A DNA stretch of 32,000 nt, from NCBI RefSeq assembly GCF_000392435.1, contig NC_021219.1:120001-152000 (forward strand). Direction: 5' to 3'. The position numbers and the translations under genes were made by a program. Each line of letters begins with the position of its first letter. Position 1 is the first letter of the stretch. Below are positions 17,631 to 24,657 of this stretch, piece by piece. This DNA comes from Candidatus Saccharimonas aalborgensis (GTDB lineage: Bacteria; Patescibacteriota; Saccharimonadia; Saccharimonadales; Saccharimonadaceae). The notes under the pieces were generated by a model. The model searched no databases. It had not been told where the DNA came from and saw only the letters and a program-made list of their open reading frames with translations.

Positions 17631-18150
17631 GGTCGACCAAGCATCCTACCAAAAAAGTTGTCACCACAACAACCCACGAATTGGTAAATAACATCGTCGC
17701 ACCAGCGGTCACGCTCGCGTTTCCGATCATCGTCAGCCAACTTGGGTAGGTTGGCTTGACAGCAATTATTTTTTCGAATCTCGCTTCCGCCGAATCGAGA
17801 CTGAGTCCTCCGCGAATACTCCTCACCAAATCTTGCATCTCTTGGACAATAAGATTGTTGGGATTTTGCATCGAAACGGTGCGAATGAGCGTCAAGGGTT
17901 CTCGATCAATACCGCGATCCTGCGATGCCATGATAGACGTAGCGTTGATATCAATATGCACCCGCCGCTGACAAAGTGTCTCGGTTATATCCAGTGCGCT
18001 ATCTACTACATCGTGTGCCGACACGCCGTGACAAAGCAGCTGCTCGGCAATACGCATCGTCAGGCGTAGTGCCCGCATATTTGGTGTCAGATCACGACCA
18101 ACTTTTTGGGTATCAGTAGCAGCAGGAGTGATTGCCCTCTCATAAATCAT
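17614..18150 (-). CDS. ThrE-family protein, N-terminal (DUF1212-like) part
   Basis: A soluble N-terminal region (LRLTMRIAEQLLCHGVSAHDVVDSALDIT) is followed by the first TM segments. The ORF ends within what is normally a continuous domain. Confidence 0.65.
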   Translation of the reverse strand: MIYERAITPAATDTQKVGRDLTPNMRALRLTMRIAEQLLCHGVSAHDVVDSALDITETLCQRRVHIDINATSIMASQDRGIDREPLTLIRTVSMQNPNNLIVQEMQDLVRSIRGGLSLDSAEARFEKIIAVKPTYPSWLTMIGNASVTAGATMLFTNSWVVVVTTFLVGCLVDRDSLA

Positions 18151-18170
18151 ACTCTCTAGTATACCGATAG

Positions 18171-18665
18171 TTACTGTTCGCGAGAACCCCTCGATGATGT
18201 TGACCGATGAGGCAATTCACGAATAACGATAACGACTGCGCAAACGAGAAGTCCAGTAAACAGCACCATCCACGTCCCGACGGGGAGAAGTAGCGTCCCT
18301 CCAAAGAGACCTGACTCAGCAGTGTAATTTCCTTGAATATTGAGAATGAGGGCGAGGAACAACCACACTATGGCTGTCGCAAGTGTTGCTACCCTGGATA
18401 CTGCCCACCATCGGTAAGCAAGTTTCATCGAGAGTAGAAACGGCAAGGAAAGAACTTCCAGGAGTGGTATCGAGAATGCTAACACTGTCGCCGTTATCTT
18501 GCCCCCCGCCAAGCCATATGCGGCCGTTATATCGGCAAATTGCTCGTAGGTAAATAACTGCATAATCGCCAAAAAAAGGTAGACACCGGCAAGCGTGAAT
18601 CCACGCCAATAAGCAGGATTACCGAAGAAAACACTAGGGAATACGGACCGAAAATAAGTCTTCAT
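18171..18665 (-). CDS. MauE/DoxX-like 4-TM membrane protein
   Basis: Four TM helices. The start is set at MKTYFRS (18665), 6 nt downstream of a TATACT box. Confidence 0.45.
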   Translation of the reverse strand: MKTYFRSVFPSVFFGNPAYWRGFTLAGVYLFLAIMQLFTYEQFADITAAYGLAGGKITATVLAFSIPLLEVLSLPFLLSMKLAYRWWAVSRVATLATAIVWLFLALILNIQGNYTAESGLFGGTLLLPVGTWMVLFTGLLVCAVVIVIRELPHRSTSSRGSREQ

Positions 18666-18796
18666 ATCCTTAGTATACTGCTGTCTTGCACGGCAAACTG
18701 TTGTTTTTTTGTACATACTGCTTGCGCTTTTTGAAAACAGAGTGTATTGTACTGATAGCGAACGTTACAAAAACAAACACCACAAAAAAATCTTGT

Positions 18797-19205
18797 AGAC
18801 GCCGAGGTCGCGTAGGGCAATGCGCGTGACGGCCGCGTTGAGTTGCCCCTGGGAGCGGTAGGCTCCCTGGAACAGTCGGGTGCGGTCGGCGCGGTCACTG
18901 AAGATGCGAAACATCAACTACCTCCGTGGTCGGGGATTTGGACACTACAATAGTAACATAAAAATTGTGAGTAGTCAAGTAACCCTCGATTCAGTCTCCT
19001 CTCCTCCCCCGACAGACAGTTGGCCCTGATGGGCCAAGGCCCGCCAAGGCGAAGGCTAATCAGTTTGCGGCGGGCCGGTTGTCTGGAGTGGGGAAGTGGG
19101 GAGACTCGGGTACGTGGCAATAAGGGTACGCTCATTGACACCAGAGGCCGAACAGTGTACACTTGTGTGAAGTGATAATACTATGTTAAAAGAGTAAGTA
19201 AAGGA
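18797..19205 (-). repeat. Left arm of a perfect 409-bp inverted repeat (a truncated copy of the GC-rich element)
   Basis: It is the reverse complement of 21674-22082. The ORF-track peptides across both arms are identical. This arm ends at about codon 40 of the small ORF. Confidence 0.9.
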
Positions 19206-19217
19206 AGTATTCATTTT

Positions 19218-19631
19218 ATGCTCGCAATTCGTTTGCAACGGTTGGGCCGCAAAGCCTATCCTGTCTACCGTCTCGCTGTTCAGGAAGCACAGCGTCATCC
19301 TTCGAGCGGCCGTGTGGTTGCCTACGTCGGAACCTACAACCCCCACACAAAAGAAGTTAGTATTCAGACAGAAGCTGCTCAGAAGTACCTCGATAACGGT
19401 GCTCAGCCAACACCTCGAGTCGTGAAGCTTCTCAAAGATGCCGGTGTGACATTGCCAAAGTGGGTCAAAGAATTTGATGGTTCAAAGGCAAAATCAGTCA
19501 AAAAAGCTGATAAGCTCCGCAAAAACCAGCCAAAAGAGGAAGTGACTGAAGTAGAGCAAGAAACTCCTGAAGTTCCTGCCGACGAAGTTGTGGCTGACAC
19601 TACTGTTAGCGAAGAACCAACTGCCGAATAA
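19218..19631 (+). CDS. rpsP: 30S ribosomal protein S16 with a Lys/Glu-rich C-terminal extension
   Basis: MLAIRLQRLGRKAYPVYRLAVQEAQRHPSSGRVVAYVGTYNP is canonical S16. Confidence 0.92.
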   Translation: MLAIRLQRLGRKAYPVYRLAVQEAQRHPSSGRVVAYVGTYNPHTKEVSIQTEAAQKYLDNGAQPTPRVVKLLKDAGVTLPKWVKEFDGSKAKSVKKADKLRKNQPKEEVTEVEQETPEVPADEVVADTTVSEEPTAE

Positions 19632-19655
19632 GTTACACTAATGCAAACGAACACA

Positions 19656-19686
19656 CTACCTCTCTCGCTCAGAGAGGTAGTTTTGT
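19656..19686 (+). terminator. Intrinsic terminator after rpsP
   Basis: Stem ctacctctc/gagaggtag followed by TTTTGTATT. Confidence 0.7.
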
Positions 19687-19761
19687 ATTATGCCTTCAGC
19701 AGCGTGGTACAATGAAATATAGCGATATTAACAGTGAGACCAGAACAGGAGGCTAGTGGGC

Positions 19762-20166
19762 ATGTCAACTATCGACCAGCAATTTGTAGAATATATCGTC
19801 AAATCACTTGTAGAACATCCCGATGATGTGATCGTTGATCGTATCGTCGATGAAAAAGGGGTGCTTCTGACGCTGACCGTCAATCCAGAGGATCTCGGCA
19901 GAGTGATTGGACGCCGCGGCGTTACAGCCCAAAGCCTGAGAACACTTCTCAGGGCACTCGGAACAAAAAACACCGCTCGTTACAACCTAAAGATTGTCAA
20001 CAATGACGACCCGAATGATTCAACGGTTATTTCATCTGATGATGCAACTGATGACGCTGTGGAAAATGTGACCGAGGATACTGTGGAAAACGAGTCAGAA
20101 AAAGAGAGTGATTTCGCAAAAAAGTCTCGCCAAGAGCTTGCGGAACTCGATGATCTCGATATATAA
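19762..20166 (+). CDS. KH-domain RNA-binding protein (UPF0109/YlqC-like) with an acidic C-terminal tail
   Basis: VEHPDDVIVDRIVDEKGVLLTLTVNPEDLGRVIGRRGVTAQSLRTLL matches the family. An AGGAGG RBS lies 9 nt before the ATG at 19762. Confidence 0.85.
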   Translation: MSTIDQQFVEYIVKSLVEHPDDVIVDRIVDEKGVLLTLTVNPEDLGRVIGRRGVTAQSLRTLLRALGTKNTARYNLKIVNNDDPNDSTVISSDDATDDAVENVTEDTVENESEKESDFAKKSRQELAELDDLDI

Positions 20167-20264
20167 TCATAAACAGTTCATGCGAGAATCTTGAACTTGA
20201 ACGACAAAAGCTCTTGCGAGCAAACCACATGTGTTACTGACCCAAGAAGAGATAAAGACCTGTC

Positions 20265-20588
20265 TCACAGGATACGGGTGGAAAGTATGTAGGTTGCGAC
20301 AGTCAAGATCGTGACGACCACTCCCCCTACCAAAAAGGTGACGATATGTCCTGATCGAGCGTGCTCATGCTGATACTCATGCGCCCCAAGCTCGCCGCGT
20401 GTCTGTTCTGTGTCAATAGGAGGGTTTGCAAGGGGACCAGCAACAAGATGCTGGTTGACGACTTGTTCGTCTGGCAAGTCGTCGGGTTTGACGTTATCTG
20501 TGAGCGGCTGAAGCGTCAAATCGCGCTCTTGAGCAGCAAGCACCTCCGCACTTGGCATGTCGTCACTCGTCGATAACTCACTGTCCAT
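20265..20588 (-). CDS. Hypothetical acidic tail-anchored protein (107 aa)
   Basis: A single C-terminal TM helix (IVTFLVGGVVVTILTVATYIL). A TAGTAT box lies 7 nt before the ATG. Confidence 0.5.
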   Translation of the reverse strand: MDSELSTSDDMPSAEVLAAQERDLTLQPLTDNVKPDDLPDEQVVNQHLVAGPLANPPIDTEQTRGELGAHEYQHEHARSGHIVTFLVGGVVVTILTVATYILSTRIL

Positions 20589-20655
20589 ATTGTTTATACT
20601 ATACCACGAAAGTAGCCCGCCGAGCGAGCGAATCCTGAGGCCATGTTGGCTCGGA

Positions 20656-20814
20656 TCAGGCTACAATCGACGGGCGTGCCCGTAGGGGGGGGTGAGTGGG
20701 GGTCAGTCGTCGCTGTCGACTCGTGCATCCAGCCTCGCGCGGTGCTCTGATGCGATGATCAGAGACGCCAGCGCGGATGAAGGCGACAATGACGATAAAG
20801 AAAATGCTGCTCAT
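20656..20814 (-). CDS. Candidate 52-aa small hydrophobic peptide in a GC-rich insert
   Basis: My own translation gives MSSIFFIVIVAFIRAGVSDHRIRAPREAGC... An AAGGAG RBS lies 6 nt upstream and a TTGCTT-17-TATAAT promoter lies at 20853-20881. It is below the ORF-track length cutoff. Confidence 0.3.
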   Translation of the reverse strand: MSSIFFIVIVAFIRAGVSDHRIRAPREAGCTSRQRRLTPTHPPLRARPSIVA

Positions 20815-20943
20815 ACCAGCTCCTTACGGGTTGGGACTGTCAGGAATTGACAGTAATATCATTATAGCATAAGAACAATAAAAAAGCAATACATCGGATG
20901 CAACCACTAGCATAATTTGTCAATAGGTGCTATGATACTTTTT

Positions 20944-21597
20944 ATGAAAAAGTTCCAAGTCATCACTCTTTTTCCCGAGATGTGCGGAGGTGTGTTTGGC
21001 AACAGTATGATGTGGAAGGCCCAAAAAGACGGACACGTTACACTTGAGACAATACATCTACGAGAGTTTGGTATTGGCCCTCGCAAACAAGTTGATGACA
21101 CCCCCTATGGAGGTGGTGATGGCATGCTGTTGATGGTAGAGCCACTGTGGAACGCCATTATGCAGGCAAAGAGCCTTGATCCTTCGGCAAAGGTGCTCTT
21201 GATGACACCGAGAGGCAGTCGATGGAAGCAGGCCGATGCCCGCAGCTACAGCGAGTCAACGCACGGGTATATTTTTGTATGCGGACGCTATGAGGGCTAT
21301 GATGAGCGAATTATGTCGCTCGTCGACGAGGAAATAAGCGTCGGTGACTACGTGCTGACCGGTGGTGAGCTGCCAGCTATGACGATTATCGACAGCATCG
21401 TACGCCTTATTCCGGGTGTTCTCGGTGGTTCTGAGAGCGCGGCGGTAGAAAGTTTTGTTGATGGGAAAACGCTGGAGTATCCTCAATATACACGACCAGA
21501 AGTTTGGCAGGATATGCGCGTACCCGATGTCTTACTAAGTGGGCATCATGGTCAGATTGCTGCCTGGCGGGCTAAGCATAGCAAGAAGGCAGGCTAA
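20944..21597 (+). CDS. trmD: tRNA (guanine37-N1)-methyltransferase
   Basis: Motifs VITLFPEM, DDTPYGGGDGML, CGRYEGYDERI and GDYVLTGGELPAM. The start is set at MKKFQVI (20944), 7 nt after a TATGAT box. Confidence 0.92.
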   Translation: MKKFQVITLFPEMCGGVFGNSMMWKAQKDGHVTLETIHLREFGIGPRKQVDDTPYGGGDGMLLMVEPLWNAIMQAKSLDPSAKVLLMTPRGSRWKQADARSYSESTHGYIFVCGRYEGYDERIMSLVDEEISVGDYVLTGGELPAMTIIDSIVRLIPGVLGGSESAAVESFVDGKTLEYPQYTRPEVWQDMRVPDVLLSGHHGQIAAWRAKHSKKAG

Positions 21598-21772
21598 TAA
21601 AATGGCAATACCCCGCGAAAAGCGGGGTACCACACAATATATGTTGTGGTGGATATATCGTAGAGCGATATGCTCCTTTACTTACTCTTTTAACATAGTA
21701 TTATCACTTCACACAAGTGTACACTGTTCGGCCTCTGGTGTCAATGAGCGTACCCTTATTGCCACGTACCCG

Positions 21773-21886
21773 AGTCTCCCCACTTCCCCACTCCAGACAA
21801 CCGGCCCGCCGCAAACTGATTAGCCTTCGCCTTGGCGGGCCTTGGCCCATCAGGGCCAACTGTCTGTCGGGGGAGGAGAGGAGACT
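21773..21886. other. GC-rich three-way-junction structure (mirror copy at 18993-19106)
   Basis: A long imperfect outer helix (agtctcc...cagac pairing with gtctg...ggagact) encloses ggcccgcc/ggcgggcc and ttggccc/gggccaa hairpins. The expressed strand cannot be told from the sequence. Confidence 0.35.
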
Positions 21887-21900
21887 GAATCGAGGGTTAC

Positions 21901-21929
21901 TTGACTACTCACAATTTTTATGTTACTAT
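21901..21929 (+). promoter_or_regulatory. Promoter TTGACT-17 nt-TACTAT for the GC-rich small ORF
   Basis: Read directly from the sequence. It is followed by a GGAGG RBS at 21954-21958. Confidence 0.5.
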
Positions 21930-21964
21930 TGTAGTGTCCAAATCCCCGACCACGGAGGTAGTTG

Positions 21965-22189
21965 ATGTTTCGCATCTTCAGTGACCGCGCCGACCGCACC
22001 CGACTGTTCCAGGGAGCCTACCGCTCCCAGGGGCAACTCAACGCGGCCGTCACGCGCATTGCCCTACGCGACCTCGGCGTCTGTGACGTCGAGCGCGTGG
22101 GCGAGCATGACCTCCGGGTCACGCTCTACTCCTGCGTCGAGTGGAGCGACTGGCTCGCCGAGCAGATTGCGGCCGAGTTTGCCGCCTGA
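21965..22189 (+). CDS. GC-rich hypothetical protein (74 aa)
   Basis: MFRIFSDRADRTRLFQGAYRSQG... Third codon positions are almost all G/C. It has a GGAGG RBS 6 nt upstream, its own promoter and its own terminator. Confidence 0.5.
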   Translation: MFRIFSDRADRTRLFQGAYRSQGQLNAAVTRIALRDLGVCDVERVGEHDLRVTLYSCVEWSDWLAEQIAAEFAA

Positions 22190-22211
22190 TCGCAGCCACG
22201 GGACACCCCTC

Positions 22212-22248
22212 GGGTACCGGCCGTTTGCCACACAAACGGCCGGTACCC
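22212..22248. terminator. Perfect 16-bp GC-rich hairpin between the small ORF and the convergent rnc gene
   Basis: gggtaccggccgtttg pairs with caaacggccggtaccc. Confidence 0.7.
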
Positions 22249-22272
22249 TGCTTGATTTCTAGCCCCCTTATC

Positions 22273-22986
22273 TTATGAATCGCGTTTTTCGTACGCCTTT
22301 AGGGCAGCACGTGCCGCCTGTTGCTGTGCAAACTGCTTACTTGGGCCAGTACCCTTGCCCATCAAGACACCACCGACATAGGCACCGAGAGTAAACTCTT
22401 TATCGTGATCGGGACCTTCTTCACTAATGACTTTATAGACAGGGGTCGCGCCATCAAGACGCTGCGATACCTCTTGGAGGTGCGACTTTGGGTCACGCCA
22501 CGAGCCTTCGTCGAGGATTGATTCGAGTTTGCTGAGGATATGGGTATGAATGAAATCGCTGGCTGCCTGATACCCTTGGTCGAGATACAGAGACCCAATA
22601 GTTGCCTCAAAGGCGTTGGCGAGTATCTGTAAACGGGCGCGTTCAGAACCATTTTTTTCGCCCTTGCTCATGCGTACCAGCGGCTCATAGCCGAGACGCA
22701 TACCCGCCTCACCAATGCTTTCGGTGCGTACGAGTGCCGCCCGCCAACTTGTCAGGATGCCCTCTGGTTCCGAGAATGTCTTGAACAAATAGTCTGTCAC
22801 CACCAGCTCCAGCACCGCATCGCCCAAAAATTCAAGCCGCTCGTTGTGCTCGCTGACGCTCTTACGGTGCTCGTTGACATAGCTGCGATGTGTCAATGCA
22901 GTGATAAAAAGTTGAATATCATTGTAGGTAATCCCCAACGTTTCCTTGGCAAACTGTACATATGGTCCAATCGGCATTCCACTCAC
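22273..22986 (-). CDS. rnc: Ribonuclease III
   Basis: Signature NERLEFLGDAVLE plus a C-terminal dsRBD. Confidence 0.92.
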   Translation of the reverse strand: MSGMPIGPYVQFAKETLGITYNDIQLFITALTHRSYVNEHRKSVSEHNERLEFLGDAVLELVVTDYLFKTFSEPEGILTSWRAALVRTESIGEAGMRLGYEPLVRMSKGEKNGSERARLQILANAFEATIGSLYLDQGYQAASDFIHTHILSKLESILDEGSWRDPKSHLQEVSQRLDGATPVYKVISEEGPDHDKEFTLGAYVGGVLMGKGTGPSKQFAQQQAARAALKAYEKRDS

Positions 22987-22988
22987 GG

Positions 22989-23483
22989 CTACAGCCCCTC
23001 CTGTCGAATACGTTTCTTGGCAAGCAACATTAGCTTTCCTATATCTTCATATTCAATGAGATCAAGTGCTTCGGCAAAGGAAAACCACTTGATACCATTC
23101 ATCCATTCTTCTTTCTGTATCGCATTGGTATCGCCCTTTGCTCGCACGAGATATATTTGCGTTGTCATGAGAACAAGTCGATCGAGCCGACGATAGCGAA
23201 AATGTATCTTACCTAACCAACCGAGCATATCAACATCTGTCAGGCCGGCCTCCTCGCCAATCTCGCGACGTGCCGTCTGCAGCGCCGTCTCGCCTTCTTC
23301 GATATGACCTTTTGGAATTGTCCATCGATCTTTTGCATCCTGAATCAATAGAATCTCTAAGTCACCCGTCTTACCATGACGAAATACAATCCCGCCGCTA
23401 GTAGGCTCGCGGACGATTTCTTGGATGGATGGCTTGTGTTTACCTAAATATTTCTTAAAACGATCAAACTTTGGCGCCGGCAT
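22989..23483 (-). CDS. Nudix hydrolase (164 aa)
   Basis: Nudix box GHIEEGETALQTARREIGEEAGL. The start is set at MPAPKF (23483). The longer track ORF runs through nusB in another frame. Confidence 0.85.
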   Translation of the reverse strand: MPAPKFDRFKKYLGKHKPSIQEIVREPTSGGIVFRHGKTGDLEILLIQDAKDRWTIPKGHIEEGETALQTARREIGEEAGLTDVDMLGWLGKIHFRYRRLDRLVLMTTQIYLVRAKGDTNAIQKEEWMNGIKWFSFAEALDLIEYEDIGKLMLLAKKRIRQEGL

Positions 23484-23925
23484 TGTCTGGTTTCTCCTCG
23501 ACAAGCGTACGATACGCAGTCCCCAGGACTCCGTTGATAAACTTGCTTGAGTTATCAGAACCAAACGCTTTAGCGAGCTCAACCGCCTCGTTGATGGCGA
23601 CCTTTGGCGGCACTTTGTCGCTGCCAAAAAGTAGTTCGTAGAGTCCGAGTCGCAGAACTGATCGGTCGATGCGGGCAATCTGCTCAATTGGCCACTCTGG
23701 AGCAATCGGCTGGATGGTTTCATCCAGGTGTGCTTGCTCCTTTACGACACCCTCTACGAGAGATTTGACAAATGCCGTATCATCGATGGCTGATTCGTAA
23801 CGCTCAAGATTTCGCGCCAATATCTCATCGAGATCAACACTTGGATCCTCTGACTGCGTACGAAACTCATACTCGTAGAGAGTTTGGAGAGCGACGATAC
23901 GCCCAAGATGACGATTTGAGGCCAT
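23464..23925 (-). CDS. nusB: Transcription antitermination factor NusB
   Basis: MASNRHLGRIVALQTLYEYEF... and LAINEAVELAKAF-like motifs. Confidence 0.88.
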   Translation of the reverse strand: MASNRHLGRIVALQTLYEYEFRTQSEDPSVDLDEILARNLERYESAIDDTAFVKSLVEGVVKEQAHLDETIQPIAPEWPIEQIARIDRSVLRLGLYELLFGSDKVPPKVAINEAVELAKAFGSDNSSKFINGVLGTAYRTLVEEKPDNAGAKV

Positions 23926-23983
23926 TGCTGTTTGGTTCTTTCCTTGTTAAATTATCCCACCTAGTTCCACAAAAAGTAGCAAC

Positions 23984-24127
23984 CTACTTTTTCTTGCCCG
24001 TCTCGTTTTTTGTGGTACGGACTTTGACGGGTGATGTGGCATTTACCTTACGCGCAAGCTTGAGCACCAGGTGGCTGCGACGTAGACCTGTCTTGCGAGG
24101 GCTCGTCTGCTTCTTTGGCTGTGCCAT
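23984..24127 (-). CDS. rpmF: 50S ribosomal protein L32 (47 aa)
   Basis: My own translation gives MAQPKKQTSPRKTGLRRSHLVLKLARKV... (the MAxPKxKxS...RRSH pattern). An AGGAG RBS is present. The ORF is below the track length cutoff. Confidence 0.85.
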   Translation of the reverse strand: MAQPKKQTSPRKTGLRRSHLVLKLARKVNATSPVKVRTTKNETGKKK

Positions 24128-24235
24128 GAAATGTTCTCCTGTTTAGGATGTGATAAAACTTGTTTATTAGTGTACTTGATTATGCGGTTTTTCTCAAGGG
24201 GGTTGACTATAGCTGATTTTTATATCATAAGCTTA

Positions 24236-24264
24236 TTGACAAAATATATATAAAGTAGTATAAT
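24236..24264 (+). promoter_or_regulatory. Perfect consensus promoter TTGACA-17 nt-TATAAT
   Basis: ttgacaaaatatatataaagtagtataat, about 55 nt upstream of the GC-rich ORF. Confidence 0.65.
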
Positions 24265-24321
24265 GACAATTGTCGGACAGTCGTCTGGCACCCGTACTTC
24301 CCCGGCCCCTAGGAGGCTCGC

Positions 24322-24615
24322 ATGTTCTACAACATCGCTGTGTACGCCGGCCTAACCGTCCTCGAGGCGATTGCCATCGTGATGATGGCGCGATCAGTCC
24401 AGGACGCGCAGACGCGCCGGCTCGGCGCGGCCATCATCCTGGCGGTCTGCGCCGTGGCCGCCTACCTCGGCGTTTGGGTTTCCCCCGCGAGGGGGAGTGC
24501 CGCCGAGGATGGCCTGCGGCCGTTCCTCTGGTTCGGCCTTCTGAACGTCATCGCGTTCGTGGTCTTCGTGATCACGTCGCGGCTGAAGTACGGAAAGCCC
24601 CGCTCCTCCTCGTGA
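24322..24615 (+). CDS. GC-rich 3-TM membrane protein (97 aa)
   Basis: AGGAGG RBS, with third codon positions nearly all G/C. It has three hydrophobic helices. The terminator-like hairpin agccccgc/gcggggct lies at 24596-24625. Confidence 0.6.
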   Translation: MFYNIAVYAGLTVLEAIAIVMMARSVQDAQTRRLGAAIILAVCAVAAYLGVWVSPARGSAAEDGLRPFLWFGLLNVIAFVVFVITSRLKYGKPRSSS

Positions 24616-24657
24616 GGGCGGGGCTCTTCCCGTTTTTAGGGGAGTTATTTTGCTATA

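Larger units (their letters stand above)
21674..22082 (+). repeat. Right arm of the perfect 409-bp inverted repeat (part of the full-length ~580-bp element, 21674-22250)
   Basis: See the left arm. This copy continues into the complete small ORF and its terminator. Confidence 0.9.

Noticed and set aside
18914-19162. Identical 82-aa ORFs (18914-19162 on the minus strand and 21717-21965 on the plus strand), and the overlapping ORFs 19056-19346, 21539-21823, 18662-18898 and 21981-22262.
   Set aside because: They are identical only because they lie in the inverted repeat. They run across a promoter, an RBS and the hairpin-rich GC module. They are Pro/Arg/Ser/Leu-rich, as expected for off-frame GC-rich DNA, and lack RBSs.
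21700-21900. Assigning the GC-rich structured module to a known RNA family (SRP RNA, tmRNA, RNase P RNA, 6S RNA or a riboswitch).
   Set aside because: None of the conserved motifs I can recall for these families is visible. The family remains unassigned pending a covariance-model search.
18797-22082. The serine recombinases in the window acting as invertases on the 409-bp repeat or on the TauE repeat.
   Set aside because: Both enzymes are large integrase-type serine recombinases located far from these repeats. No short crossover-site architecture is evident, and 409 bp of perfect homology is sufficient for RecA-type recombination.
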